Below the pieces are notes generated by a model. The model did no database searches. It was not told the DNA's origin and saw nothing but the letters and a program-made list of their open reading frames with translations. Position numbers and translations under genes: made by a program. Positions 39,928 through 51,007 of a stretch of 64,000 bases of DNA are shown here, in pieces; within the stretch, counting starts at the first letter, position 1; every line of letters starts with the position of its first letter. This DNA is from an uncultured Chlorobiaceae bacterium (GTDB lineage Bacteria > Bacteroidota > Ignavibacteria > UBA10030 > SZUA-254), in NCBI GenBank assembly GCA_964520905.1, contig CAZFQL010000002.1, positions 134,450-198,449 on the forward strand, written 5' to 3'.

Positions 39928-42900
39928 ATGGATACAAAAAAAAATCGCACAATGGTAACAATCGACGGTAACGAAGCCGCCGCTTACGTTGCGCATAAAT
40001 TAAACGAAGTAATTGCAATTTACCCGATTACCCCGTCATCCCCCATGGGTGAATGGTCAGATGAATGGTCTGCACTCGGAAGAAAAAATTTATGGGGAAC
40101 GATTCCCCATGTGATCGAGATGCAAAGCGAAGGCGGAGCTGCCGGTGCTGTACATGGCGCACTTCAAACAGGCGCACTTTCAACTACATTCACATCGGCA
40201 CAGGGACTTCTCTTAATGATCCCAAATATGTTTAAGATTGCCGGCGAGCTTACACCCACAGTTTTCCATATTGCGGCGCGAACCGTTGCCACTCATGCCC
40301 TTTCGATATTCGGCGAGCATAGCGATGTTTACGCTGCCCGATCTACAGGTTTTGCTATGCTTGCATCCAATTCGATTCAAGAAATTATGGATTTCGCCCT
40401 CATCTCACAAGCGGCAACTCTGGAAGCGCGGGTACCATTCATGCATTTCTTCGATGGTTTTCGATCTTCACATGAAGTTATGAAAATTGAGCAGCTCGAT
40501 GAAAGCGATATGCGCACGATGATAGATGATGAATTGATTCGTGCACACCGTAAGCGCTCAATGTCGCCGGAACATCCTGTCCTTCGCGGCACTGCACAAA
40601 ATCCGGATGTATATTTTCAGGCTCGCGAGACTGTAAATCCATTTTACGACGCTTGCCCTGGTATCGTTCAAAAAGTGATGGATAAATTTGAAAAAGTTGT
40701 TGGAAGAAAATATAAACTCTTTCAGTATTTCGGCGCTCCTGATGCAGATCGAATTATAATAATGATGGGATCCGGGGCTGAAACAGCACAAGAAACAGTT
40801 GAATATCTGAATGCCCGCGGTGAAAAAATCGGTCTGCTCAAAGTACGTCTCTATAGGCCCTTCTCTGTCGAACACTTTCTGAATGAAATACCGAAAACTG
40901 TTAAGACTATTGTCGTGCTGGACCGGACGAAAGAACCGGGCGCAACGGCTGAACCACTGCACCTCGATGTCATTACAGCAATTAGCGAAGCCTTCACAAA
41001 CGGGAAACTTCCCTTGCAATCTTATCCCCGTATAATTGGCGGACGGTATGGACTTTCATCGAAGGAATTCACTCCGGCTATGGTCAAGGGTGTATTTGAT
41101 GAATCAAAAAAATCGCAACCGAAAAATCATTTCACTATCGGCATACTCGACGACATCACAAAAACCAGCCTTGATTACGATCCGTCTTTCACCACGGAAC
41201 CGGATGATGTTGTTCGTGCCATTTTCTATGGTTTAGGGGCTGATGGCACAGTAAGCGCAAATAAAAACTCAATCAAAATTATCGGTGAAGACACGGAGTT
41301 TTTTGCCCAGGGATATTTTGTATACGATTCAAAGAAATCGGGTTCAACCACAACATCGCACTTGCGCTTCGGTCCACGTCCGATACATTCTACTTATTTG
41401 ATAGATAAGGCAAGCTTCATGGCATGCCATCAATGGTTCTTCCTTGAAAAATATGATGTTTTAAGATCTGCAATCTCCGGAGCTACATTTCTGCTGAACA
41501 GTCTCTACGGTCCCGAAGAAGTATGGGGAAAACTTCCGCGCCACATTCAGAAAGAAATTATTGAGAAGCGTATAAAATTTTATGTGATCGATGCATACAA
41601 AGTCGCGCGCCAGACCGGCATGGGCGGCAGAATCAATACGATCATGCAAACCTGTTTCTTTGCGATCTCGGGCGTATTACCGAAAGACGAAGCGATAGCG
41701 GCTATAAAAAAATCGATAGAAAAAACATACGGCAAGAAAGGCGCCGATATCGTAACGCAAAACTTCGAGGCTGTCGATCTGACTCTTGCTAATCTCTTCC
41801 AGGTAAAAATTCCGAATAACGTCACCAGCACCGTTGAAATGCCGCCTACTGTCTCAGAGAAAGCTCCAAGCTATGTACGGGAAGTTCTGGCAAAAATTAT
41901 CACTAACGATGGAGACAACCTGCCCGTGAGTACAATGCCGGTGGATGGAACATTTCCAACGGCGACTGCACAATGGGAAAAGAGAAATATCGCACTAGAG
42001 ATTCCAACATGGGAAGCAGAAATCTGTATCCAATGCAATAAATGTGTAATGGTCTGCCCACATGCCACTATACGAGCCAAGGTTTATGATCCAAAAGAAT
42101 TGGCAAATGCACCTTCAACATTTAAGTCGATCGACTTCAAAGGCGTAGAATACAAAGGAATGAAATATACGATTCAAATTGCGCCGGAAGATTGCACCGA
42201 GTGCGGGTTGTGTGTGGACGTCTGCCCTGCAAAGAGTAAGTCGGAAGCAAAGGTTAAAGCAATCAATATGAAACCGCAACCTCCGATTCGTGAATCAGAA
42301 CGCGCCAATTATGATTTCTTCCTTGCAATACCGGAAATCGATAGGCGCACAGTTAAAGTTGATACAATCAAAGGGTCTCAATTCCTCCAACCATTGTTTG
42401 AATACTCCGGTGCCTGTGCCGGATGCGGTGAAACACCCTATGTGAAACTTGTAAGTCAACTCTTTGGCGACCGGGCAATCATTGCTAACGCAACCGGATG
42501 TTCATCGATCTATGGAGGCAATCTTCCAACTACGCCATGGAGTATAAACAACGACGGTCGCGGACCGACATGGTCTAATTCGCTGTTTGAAGACAATGCG
42601 GAATTCGGTTTGGGGATGCGTTTAACAGTCGATAAACATACCGAAATGGCAAAAGAATTAGCGCTAAAGCTTTCTAATGAGATCGGCGATAAGCTCGTCA
42701 ATGATATAATGAATGCCGATCAATCGAATGAAGCCGGAATTTATGATCAGCGAGAACGCGTAAAACTGCTGAAAGAAAAAATTAGTACCGTAAATACTCC
42801 CGAAGCAAAAAGTTTACTGAGTATCTGCGACAATCTCGTGAAGCGCAGTATCTGGATAATCGGCGGTGACGGTTGGGCATACGATATAGGTTATGGCGGA

Positions 42901-43506
42901 CTCGATCATGTGATTGCATCTGGGAAGAATGTGAATATCCTTGTTTTGGATACCGAAGTTTACTCAAACACTGGTGGACAGATGTCGAAAGCGACAGCCC
43001 GCTCTGCAATAGCAAAGTTCGCCGCTAACGGTAAACCTACGGCGAAGAAAGATCTCGGCATGCTCGCTATGGCATATGGTAATGTGTACGTTGCATCTGT
43101 AGCAATGGGGTCGAACGATTTACAAACACTTCGCGCTTTTCTGGAAGCTGAGGCATACGATGGACCATCAATTATTATTGCCTATAGTCACTGCATTGCC
43201 CACGGAATCAATATGACTAAGGGAATGCAGAACCAGAAATTAGCGGTAGACACCGGTTATTGGTCTTTGTACCGTTACAATCCGATGTTAGTGAAAGAAG
43301 GGAAAAACCCGCTTAAACTCGATTCGAAAGAACCGAAATTGCCGCTAAAAGAATTTACATCGATGGAAACGCGATTCAAAATGTTAGAAAAGAGTTATCC
43401 AGAGCGTGCAAAGGCACTCGGGGTTCTTGCGCAAAACGATGTAAATGCGCGATGGAAAATATATGAGCATCTTGCTCAAGATGGAAATTCGGAAAATAAA
43501 AAATAA
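39928..43506 (+). CDS. nifJ: Pyruvate:ferredoxin (flavodoxin) oxidoreductase, single-polypeptide PFOR
   Basis: 1192 aa. N-terminal TIDGNEAAAYVAHKLNEVIAIYPITPSSPMGEW. Two ferredoxin motifs (CIQCNKCVMVCPH, CTECGLCVDVCP). TPP domain GGDGWAYDIGYGGLDH. Confidence 0.95.
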   Translation: MDTKKNRTMVTIDGNEAAAYVAHKLNEVIAIYPITPSSPMGEWSDEWSALGRKNLWGTIPHVIEMQSEGGAAGAVHGALQTGALSTTFTSAQGLLLMIPNMFKIAGELTPTVFHIAARTVATHALSIFGEHSDVYAARSTGFAMLASNSIQEIMDFALISQAATLEARVPFMHFFDGFRSSHEVMKIEQLDESDMRTMIDDELIRAHRKRSMSPEHPVLRGTAQNPDVYFQARETVNPFYDACPGIVQKVMDKFEKVVGRKYKLFQYFGAPDADRIIIMMGSGAETAQETVEYLNARGEKIGLLKVRLYRPFSVEHFLNEIPKTVKTIVVLDRTKEPGATAEPLHLDVITAISEAFTNGKLPLQSYPRIIGGRYGLSSKEFTPAMVKGVFDESKKSQPKNHFTIGILDDITKTSLDYDPSFTTEPDDVVRAIFYGLGADGTVSANKNSIKIIGEDTEFFAQGYFVYDSKKSGSTTTSHLRFGPRPIHSTYLIDKASFMACHQWFFLEKYDVLRSAISGATFLLNSLYGPEEVWGKLPRHIQKEIIEKRIKFYVIDAYKVARQTGMGGRINTIMQTCFFAISGVLPKDEAIAAIKKSIEKTYGKKGADIVTQNFEAVDLTLANLFQVKIPNNVTSTVEMPPTVSEKAPSYVREVLAKIITNDGDNLPVSTMPVDGTFPTATAQWEKRNIALEIPTWEAEICIQCNKCVMVCPHATIRAKVYDPKELANAPSTFKSIDFKGVEYKGMKYTIQIAPEDCTECGLCVDVCPAKSKSEAKVKAINMKPQPPIRESERANYDFFLAIPEIDRRTVKVDTIKGSQFLQPLFEYSGACAGCGETPYVKLVSQLFGDRAIIANATGCSSIYGGNLPTTPWSINNDGRGPTWSNSLFEDNAEFGLGMRLTVDKHTEMAKELALKLSNEIGDKLVNDIMNADQSNEAGIYDQRERVKLLKEKISTVNTPEAKSLLSICDNLVKRSIWIIGGDGWAYDIGYGGLDHVIASGKNVNILVLDTEVYSNTGGQMSKATARSAIAKFAANGKPTAKKDLGMLAMAYGNVYVASVAMGSNDLQTLRAFLEAEAYDGPSIIIAYSHCIAHGINMTKGMQNQKLAVDTGYWSLYRYNPMLVKEGKNPLKLDSKEPKLPLKEFTSMETRFKMLEKSYPERAKALGVLAQNDVNARWKIYEHLAQDGNSENKK

Positions 43507-43609
43507 TTTATTCAAAAATAGGCGGTGTTTTATCTTTCTACAAAATCAACACAAAAGCGCCAACTGTTGACTAAATTGAAATCAAAAATCTAAATAACCG
43601 GAAAAAATT

Positions 43610-44599
43610 ATGGATATTACAACATCATATCTCGGACTGAAATTAAAAAATCCTATCGTTCCCTCCGCTTCACCGTTGTCGTACACTTTAGAAAGCATGA
43701 AGCAACTCGAGGATGCCGGTGCTTCGGCGATAGTAATGTTTTCGCTATTTGAAGAACAGATTGTTCATGAAACATCGGAACTTCTGCATTACCTTTCACA
43801 GGGGACAGAAAGTTATGCTGAAGCACTTTCGTACTTTCCGGATGTTCAACAATATAATCTGGGCCCTGATGAATATATCGATTTGATCTATAAAGCAAAG
43901 AAATCTTTGGAAATTCCGGTCATTGGAAGTTTGAACGGAGCATCGGTCGGCGGCTGGATTAATTATGCGAAGAAAATTGAGGAAGCCGGCGCCGATGCGC
44001 TCGAATTGAATATCTATTATATCCCGACCGATCCTTCACTTTCGGGAAGCGAGATCGAAAACCGGTATCTCAAAGTTCTCAAGATGGTTAAGAGCACAAT
44101 AAAAATACCCGTGGCAGTAAAAATAAGTCCTTTCTTCAGCGGGTTATCACATATGGCACAACAGTTGGATAAAGAAGGCGCAAATGGATTGGTTCTTTTT
44201 AACAGATTTTATCAACCCGATATAGACCTTGAGACAATGGAAGTTAGGCCAAGCGTTATACTCAGTACTCCACAGGCGATGCGATTACCGCTCCGGTGGA
44301 TCGCAATTCTTTACAATAAAGTGAAAGCAAATCTTGCCGCAACGAGCGGCATTCACACTGCTGAAGATGTTTTGAAGATGCTGATGGCTGGCGCAGATGT
44401 TACAATGATGTGTTCTGCAATCTTAAAGCATGGTCCCGAACATATTAAAAATGTTCTTCGGGATATGGAGCGCTGGATGACTGATAATGAATATGTTTCT
44501 GTAACGCAGATGAAAGGAAGCATGAGCCAAAAATCTATCGCTGACCCGACAGCTTTTGAGCGTGCAAACTATATGAAATCGCTTCACAGTTATAAATAA
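43610..44599 (+). CDS. Dihydroorotate dehydrogenase-family TIM-barrel protein (DHOD-like; catalytic Cys motif not conserved)
   Basis: [16 protein letters not shown] and overall class-1 DHOD/DPD-like layout. The expected N(L/I)SCPN region reads LNIYYIPTD. Confidence 0.55.
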   Translation: MDITTSYLGLKLKNPIVPSASPLSYTLESMKQLEDAGASAIVMFSLFEEQIVHETSELLHYLSQGTESYAEALSYFPDVQQYNLGPDEYIDLIYKAKKSLEIPVIGSLNGASVGGWINYAKKIEEAGADALELNIYYIPTDPSLSGSEIENRYLKVLKMVKSTIKIPVAVKISPFFSGLSHMAQQLDKEGANGLVLFNRFYQPDIDLETMEVRPSVILSTPQAMRLPLRWIAILYNKVKANLAATSGIHTAEDVLKMLMAGADVTMMCSAILKHGPEHIKNVLRDMERWMTDNEYVSVTQMKGSMSQKSIADPTAFERANYMKSLHSYK

Positions 44600-44660
44600 T
44601 CATTTTTGCTTTTTCATTGGAATAGCTGTAATTTAAGACTATATTATCTGAAATAAAACT

Positions 44661-45098
44661 ATGAGTATTATATTCAGCCGGCAATGTGAGTATGCTATCC
44701 AAGCAGTGCTCTACCTTGCCTTGAATTCTAACGGTAAGATGATCTCGATTCGAGAACTAACGAATAAATTGGATATTCCTTATCATTTTGTGGCAAAGAT
44801 ACTTCAAGACCTTACGCGCAAAGGTCTTCTCGTTTCTCACAAAGGTCCATCCGGCGGTTTTTCTTTAGGAACGCCCGCAAAAGATATTACTCTGCTTGAA
44901 ATCGTTGAAGCAATCGACGGTTCAGGGTTCATGGATAATTGTGTATTCGGTTTTCCATCTTGTACCTGTAATAACCCTTGCGCTGTTCATGAACAATGGG
45001 ATAAGGTCCGAAATAGTATCCATAAGATGCTTGCAACGAAAAGTATTTTAGAAATGGCTGGGGAAACAAAGAAACCTCAATATCAAATAAAAGAATGA
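44661..45098 (+). CDS. Rrf2-family transcriptional regulator (IscR/NsrR-like, Cys ligands present)
   Basis: N-terminal wHTH. Cys cluster CVFGFPSCTCNNPCAVH in the usual position. Confidence 0.8.
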   Translation: MSIIFSRQCEYAIQAVLYLALNSNGKMISIRELTNKLDIPYHFVAKILQDLTRKGLLVSHKGPSGGFSLGTPAKDITLLEIVEAIDGSGFMDNCVFGFPSCTCNNPCAVHEQWDKVRNSIHKMLATKSILEMAGETKKPQYQIKE

Positions 45099-45154
45099 TA
45101 CACCAAAAATTTTTTGTATTATAATCGGATAAATTAGTCTGAATATATTATCGT

Positions 45155-46393
45155 ATGGATCTTCAACAAAAATCAATCGAACAGGACGACCAATACATTC
45201 CAAGAATTATGACAGATAGGCAACAGGACACTAATTGGGAACCAGAGGTTACGAAAACAGTGGCCAGAAAAACTATCATTAAAAAAATTCCATTGGAGCT
45301 TCACCTGAAAAAAACAAATTTCAATCAAGAGCCATTATGGTACGAGCGAATTGCATGGAGACTCAAGGAAGATCCTCAATTTCTCAGATCTACGATACAA
45401 ACAACATTTATTCTTCTTTGCATCTGGATAGGATTGGAATTCTTTCTCTTCGTCAAATGGGGGATGACATCCGGACAATCATCTTTCATACCACGCTCTC
45501 CCGGCGTAGAGGGATTCCTCCCCATAAGTGCATTGATCAGTCTGAAATATTGGATACAAACCGGAATAATAAACGACATACATCCCTCAGGATTATTTAT
45601 ACTAATCGGAATACTTGCTACCGGTTTGCTCATGAAAAAGGCTTTCTGCAGTTGGCTATGTCCGGTTGGAACATTGAGTGAAGCTCTTTGGATGTTCGGA
45701 AAAAAAATATTCCGAAAAAATTTATCTACACCGAAGTGGCTGGATTATCCTCTCCGTTCCCTGAAATACATCCTATTATTGTTCTTCCTGTTATCGATTT
45801 GGCAGATGGATGTACCGTCGCTTAAAGCATTTATCTACAGTCCATACAATAAAGTTGCGGACATCAAGATGTTTTTGTTCTTCGCAAATATATCAACTTT
45901 TGCCATCTGGACAATTGTTATCTTGATGATATTTTCGGTGTTCATAAAAAATTTCTGGTGCCGATATCTTTGTCCTTATGGCGGACTGCTGGGAATATTG
46001 AGTTGGCTAAGTCCATTGAAGGTAACGAGGAATAAATCAACTTGCATCGACTGCGAACTATGTACTAAGGTTTGTCCGTCAAATATCAAAGTTCACAAGA
46101 CAACAAAAGTCTGGAGTGACGAGTGTACGAATTGCCTGGCATGTGTTCAGGCTTGTCCGGTAAAAAATACGCTTGACATCCGCACTTCCTTAACAAAAAC
46201 GAAGGTTCCAAACTGGGTTTTTGGAGTACTTGTTATCGGCGTCTTCGTCGCAATTACCGGATTGGCTATGCTAACAGGGCATTGGCAGAATAGTATTACG
46301 AAGGAAGAATATTTGAAACGATTTAAAGAACTTGATACACCGCTTTATCAACATTTTCAGGGGAATGTTCCTGAGTATGGTCAGAATGATTGA
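45155..46393 (+). CDS. NapH/NosR/MauN-type membrane-bound polyferredoxin
   Basis: Two CxxxCPxG motifs (CSWLCPVGTL, CRYLCPYGGL) within TM regions, plus two C-terminal CxxCxxCxxxCP ferredoxin motifs. Confidence 0.6.
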   Translation: MDLQQKSIEQDDQYIPRIMTDRQQDTNWEPEVTKTVARKTIIKKIPLELHLKKTNFNQEPLWYERIAWRLKEDPQFLRSTIQTTFILLCIWIGLEFFLFVKWGMTSGQSSFIPRSPGVEGFLPISALISLKYWIQTGIINDIHPSGLFILIGILATGLLMKKAFCSWLCPVGTLSEALWMFGKKIFRKNLSTPKWLDYPLRSLKYILLLFFLLSIWQMDVPSLKAFIYSPYNKVADIKMFLFFANISTFAIWTIVILMIFSVFIKNFWCRYLCPYGGLLGILSWLSPLKVTRNKSTCIDCELCTKVCPSNIKVHKTTKVWSDECTNCLACVQACPVKNTLDIRTSLTKTKVPNWVFGVLVIGVFVAITGLAMLTGHWQNSITKEEYLKRFKELDTPLYQHFQGNVPEYGQND

Positions 46394-46429
46394 AAAATTA
46401 AAATAATTGGAAAGATTGGAATAATATTT

Positions 46430-47236
46430 ATGGTTAAAAGAAAAATAATTAAAATTGATGAATCGCTTTGCGATGGATGTGCTCTTTGCATACCTTCCTG
46501 CCCAGAAGGTGCGCTGCAAATCATCGACGGCAAAGCAAGACTGGTAAAAGAAAGTTTCTGCGATGGACTTGGTGCTTGCCTGGGTGACTGCCCTCAGGGC
46601 GCTCTCATAATCGTTGAAGCCGAAACCGAGCAATATGACGAACCCGGCGTGATTGAACATATTAAAACAAATGCCCCGGAAAAACTTCATTCGCACATCG
46701 AACATATGAATCAACATAAAAATGAAATGAGCGGACATTCACAACAATCGCATTTCGGCGGTTGTCCATCTTCACGTATGATGCAATTTGGAGAGCCATC
46801 ACACGCGGAGCCAACGGCACGTGTTTCTTCACAACTTCGTCAGTGGCCCATTCAACTTCATCTTGTTCCGCCAACAGCGCCATATTTCCAGAATGCAAAT
46901 ATTTTCTTAGTTGCCGATTGCGTTCCATTTGCATATGCCAATTTTCATTCCGATATTTTAGCTGGAAATGCAATCGCTATTGCATGCCCCAAGCTTGATG
47001 ATGTTAGTGAATATGTTGATAAGGTAACACAAATATTCAGAAATTCTACACCAAAGAGTATAACAGTTGCTATCATGGAAGTACCATGCTGTTCAGGTTT
47101 AGTACAGATTGCACGTCAAGCCGCAATCAATGCAGAACTGAACCTGCCGATTGAAGTTATCGTGATCGGAATTAGGGGGAATCTGATCTCAAAACGGACA
47201 ATCCAAGATCAAGTGGAAAGTATTCAACGTGAGTAA
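46430..47236 (+). CDS. 4Fe-4S ferredoxin-domain protein with C-terminal Cys-containing domain of unknown function
   Basis: N-terminal CDGCALCIPSCP and CDGLGACLGDCP. Downstream Cys residues include a PCCSG motif. Confidence 0.5.
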   Translation: MVKRKIIKIDESLCDGCALCIPSCPEGALQIIDGKARLVKESFCDGLGACLGDCPQGALIIVEAETEQYDEPGVIEHIKTNAPEKLHSHIEHMNQHKNEMSGHSQQSHFGGCPSSRMMQFGEPSHAEPTARVSSQLRQWPIQLHLVPPTAPYFQNANIFLVADCVPFAYANFHSDILAGNAIAIACPKLDDVSEYVDKVTQIFRNSTPKSITVAIMEVPCCSGLVQIARQAAINAELNLPIEVIVIGIRGNLISKRTIQDQVESIQRE

Positions 47237-47993
47237 GATAGATGTTAAAACATTTTATAACACTTTGGCGGATGAGTACGACTCGATGACGTCGTTCGAG
47301 CAACGTCTTATTAAGGAAGAGTCGATGTTTCGCGCAATCGTGGAAAAACATAAAATTAAAACCGCACTCGATGCTGGCTCTGGCACAGGGTTACACTCAC
47401 TTCTGCTGGCGAAGGCAGGTGTTGAAGTTACAGCCGTTGATATCTCTCGTGAAATGCTCCGTCATCTCAATATCCACTCGAAAAACCAGAAGTTAAAAAT
47501 CAAAACAGTTAAAACCGACTTCTTGAACCTTCCAACGAAGATTCATCAGAAATTTGATGCTGTCTTCTGCATGGGTAACCCATTAGTTCACGCTAAAACT
47601 CAAAGAGAACTTAATAAGATTCTTTTCAACTTCCATAGGTTGTTAAAACCGAACGGAGTTTTATTCATACAAATCCTTAACTACGATAGAATCATTTCGA
47701 GGCGAGAAATAATTCAGAGCATCAAGGAATTAAATGGGAAATTCTACATCCGCTTTTATGGATTTAATAACAACTATATCGATTTTAATCTGCTAACAAT
47801 TGAGCGAAAAGATGAGATACTACGCCACAAAATGCAAACGATAAAACTGAGACCCATACTACAAAAGGAAATTCTTGCGCTACTAAAAGATGTTGGATTC
47901 AAAAAGATTGAATCACTTGGCGGATTAAATGGTAATAAATTTTCAAAATATACATCCAAAGATTTATTAATCGTAGTAAAAAAAAGCCATTAA
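47229..47993 (+). CDS. Class I SAM-dependent methyltransferase
   Basis: ALDAGSGTGLHSLLLA...VTAVDIS. Overlaps the upstream gene by 8 bp. Confidence 0.7.
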   Translation: MSKIDVKTFYNTLADEYDSMTSFEQRLIKEESMFRAIVEKHKIKTALDAGSGTGLHSLLLAKAGVEVTAVDISREMLRHLNIHSKNQKLKIKTVKTDFLNLPTKIHQKFDAVFCMGNPLVHAKTQRELNKILFNFHRLLKPNGVLFIQILNYDRIISRREIIQSIKELNGKFYIRFYGFNNNYIDFNLLTIERKDEILRHKMQTIKLRPILQKEILALLKDVGFKKIESLGGLNGNKFSKYTSKDLLIVVKKSH

Positions 47994-48622
47994 TCACAAG
48001 TGATGGCGGAAGCGATTAGAACGATTGCCGCTCTGTAATGAAAGAATCAGACAGATCATTGATAATTAGATTTGAAATTAATAAATAAAGTTAGTAGAAT
48101 TAGATTAGATAGTAAAAGAAAGATTGATCGCCAACTATAAATAATGGAGGATTTTATGACATCGGTTGAAACACAAGACAAACGAGATATTAAAACTGAG
48201 AAGAAATTGTGGAGACAATTGGGTAAGCTCAAAACAAAACGAAAACTAACCACTGACAATACAAAACAATTCCGGATAGTGCAGAGCGTGAACGCGGGTC
48301 ACATTCGCGGAGGTCATGCCTTTCATTAGGGAATAAAACCCTGATTACATTTAGAAACGCTTCTCGCTGGATTTTATATTTACTATCAATGAGAATCAGC
48401 GATATAAGAGAAGGTTTTTTAAAGTCCATACTTCACTTTCTCGTTGTGCCAATATACGTTCCAATCTATTGATTTTCCTCTGCATTGCACCAAGATTTAC
48501 CTTTCGATTTAGATCAAAATGCAGAACCATATTTTTGCCACGTTTTGGTTGTACCTGCTTCGCCCTTGTATGATATTCCTTCCGATGCATTTCGCTTCTC
48601 CTTACCTTTATTATTTAATCGA

Positions 48623-49708
48623 TCATGAAATAGAATCCATTGTTATATTTTCCTTCGAATACCATTCTTTTGTATAATAAAATATTTTATTCTTTCCTGT
48701 TCGCTGAGCTTCGAATAGCGCATTTTTTACAGTAACCAGCAACTCATCTATCGTAAGTGCATTTTGAGGGTATGATGAAATTCCGATACTGATTGTCGAT
48801 ATAAAACCACGATTAGTAAAATTTGTCTTTTCAACCTTTTCTCGTAGTATTGCCGCATAACTTACGGCATCGCGCAAACAACAATTCTCCAGTAATATAA
48901 TAAATTCATCATATCCATATCGACCAATTGCAAATGGATACGTTTGCTCTGACTTAGCCATCTCCGCTAACTCGCGCAGTAAAGCTCCAGCGGTTTCCTG
49001 TCCATATGTATTCGTGATAGTTTTAAAATTATCTATATCCAACAGGAGCAAACTGAAGTGTTCATTGCTTTTTTGTGCTCTATCTAAGGTGAGCTTTAAT
49101 TTTTCTGCAAAGGGTGAATATTTCTCAACGCCAGTCTCTCGATCTATCCGCTCCGCTCTTAAATTCTCTTCATGCAGTTGAAATTTATAAAAAGCGATAC
49201 CGGCAAGATTAGCGAACATTTGAAATAACTGTATTTCTTTTTCTCCGAAAATATATTTTTCTATGCTATCGGCGTAGAGATAACCTAAGGTTCGATGATC
49301 AATGGAAATTTGCACACATATACACGAACCAAATTTGTGTTCAAGCCGAAGTTCATTGCATAACTCTGATTGTTGTTCATCATCGGGAATGATTATCGGT
49401 TTTCCAGTCCATAACAATTTCCCAATTGCGCCCGTTGCCAGATTCTTTTGAAACTCATTGCAAAAGGTTTGAGACAATCCGTAGCTGTTATAGATAGTTA
49501 GATATTCTGTTTTGTGATGAATAAGGACAATTGCAGTAGTCTGGCAATTAAATAGACGCGCAAGCCGGTAAACAACAAGATGAAATACTCTTTCATATTG
49601 AGGAGTTGTCTTTAGTGTATGGATAATTTCAGAAAAATATTCCAAACATTGATTAATGTGTAAACCATTTTCTATCATAGATTCTCCATCGGATATCATC
49701 ATATTCAT
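48623..49708 (-). CDS. GAF-GGDEF protein with degenerate active-site motif (GYDEF)
   Basis: The C-terminal GGDEF fold reads RYGYDEF in place of GG(D/E)EF. No RxxD I-site. N-terminal about 180 aa GAF-like. Confidence 0.7.
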   Translation of the reverse strand: MNMMISDGESMIENGLHINQCLEYFSEIIHTLKTTPQYERVFHLVVYRLARLFNCQTTAIVLIHHKTEYLTIYNSYGLSQTFCNEFQKNLATGAIGKLLWTGKPIIIPDDEQQSELCNELRLEHKFGSCICVQISIDHRTLGYLYADSIEKYIFGEKEIQLFQMFANLAGIAFYKFQLHEENLRAERIDRETGVEKYSPFAEKLKLTLDRAQKSNEHFSLLLLDIDNFKTITNTYGQETAGALLRELAEMAKSEQTYPFAIGRYGYDEFIILLENCCLRDAVSYAAILREKVEKTNFTNRGFISTISIGISSYPQNALTIDELLVTVKNALFEAQRTGKNKIFYYTKEWYSKENITMDSIS

Positions 49709-50089
49709 TCAATAGCATTTATTTCGCATATGCTATTTAAGAAGAGATAGCGTGCCTTCTGTCAAAAAAAAGAACCATTATTAAGAAAGCAATGAAAAAT
49801 ACTGGCAAGAATTATTTTTTCCCAAATTGAAGTGGTAATTAAAGTGAGAGCGTTGTAAGATAATCGAATTTGCAACGTTCCTAAACCTAATCTCTGAATC
49901 ACGACAACTTGGATGGCATTCTTGCCACAATCCTGAGATATCCCTGCTTGTCGTAATTTATATTATTAATCATCAAAAGTCAACGAAAAAATATTACAAT
50001 TAGGCAAACGATGGTTAGTGCAACTGAGTAAAAAATAATATGGTCCGGCAGGAGCAACCTACAAGAGAATAAACAACTTCTGGATGGTG

Positions 50090-51004
50090 TTATTTGTTTA
50101 CACTGCTCATTACAACTCCAAGCGCTACTGAAAGCATTTTAGCATCCCTCTTATCAGCGCGGGATGGAATGAGAATTGGAATTTTACCACCTACAATAAC
50201 ATGCGCGAGCCTGAAACCGGCTAAGTAAGTAGTGCCTTTAGCAAATATATTTGCGGCTTCGATATTCGGCAGTATGAGAATTTCGGCATTTCCGGCAACC
50301 GGCGATTTGATTCCTTTCTCATCGGCAGCCTCGATAGAAATAGCATTGTCGAGGGCAAGCGGTCCATACACTATGCATCCTTTAATTTGACCGCCTTCAT
50401 TCATTTGGGTAAGTTCAGCCGCATCGACTGTAGATTGAAGTTTGGGATTGACAAACTCAGTTGCTGAGAGAACTGCTACTCTTGGATTCATGTTACCCAA
50501 AGAATGTGCTACCTCCACCGCATTATTGATTAACTCAACTTTATCTTGCAAATTCGGAGAGAGAGTTAATCCTCCATCGGTGATCATAATCAGTTTATTT
50601 CCAATTCGTGAAGGATATTCAAATATGAAAACATCTGAGAGCAATCTTCCGGTTCTAATACCGGATTCCTCTTGAAGAACCGCTTTCATCAAAGTACCGG
50701 TATCGACGCCGCCTTTTAAAAGAACGTCTCCCATTCCCTGCCGGATAATATCGATAGATGCTTGTAAAGCGTTGTTTACCACAGGTTCATGAATTATTTC
50801 TATTCCCGCCGGTATGCTGCCATCAAGCGTAATTTTTTTCCTGATGATTGCCTCGTCTCCGACCAGAATAAAATTGGCAAGTCTTTTTGAAAGCGCTTGC
50901 GTTACAGCCAAAAGAGTTTCCTCGTTATTCGGGAAAGCGACAATGACACGTTTGTTCGTAATTCTTGATGCAGTTTCGAGTAATTCATCAAAATTTTTGA
51001 TCAT
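50090..51004 (-). CDS. ptb: Phosphate butyryltransferase (phosphotransacylase family)
   Basis: 304 aa Pta/Ptb-family sequence. Immediately downstream of butyrate kinase. Confidence 0.75.
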   Translation of the reverse strand: MIKNFDELLETASRITNKRVIVAFPNNEETLLAVTQALSKRLANFILVGDEAIIRKKITLDGSIPAGIEIIHEPVVNNALQASIDIIRQGMGDVLLKGGVDTGTLMKAVLQEESGIRTGRLLSDVFIFEYPSRIGNKLIMITDGGLTLSPNLQDKVELINNAVEVAHSLGNMNPRVAVLSATEFVNPKLQSTVDAAELTQMNEGGQIKGCIVYGPLALDNAISIEAADEKGIKSPVAGNAEILILPNIEAANIFAKGTTYLAGFRLAHVIVGGKIPILIPSRADKRDAKMLSVALGVVMSSVNK

Positions 51005-51007
51005 GGC

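Noticed and set aside
48144-48590. Two small convergent ORFs (61 and 64 aa) between the methyltransferase and the GGDEF gene
   Set aside because: Basic, low-complexity translations without motifs. Likely non-coding spacer.
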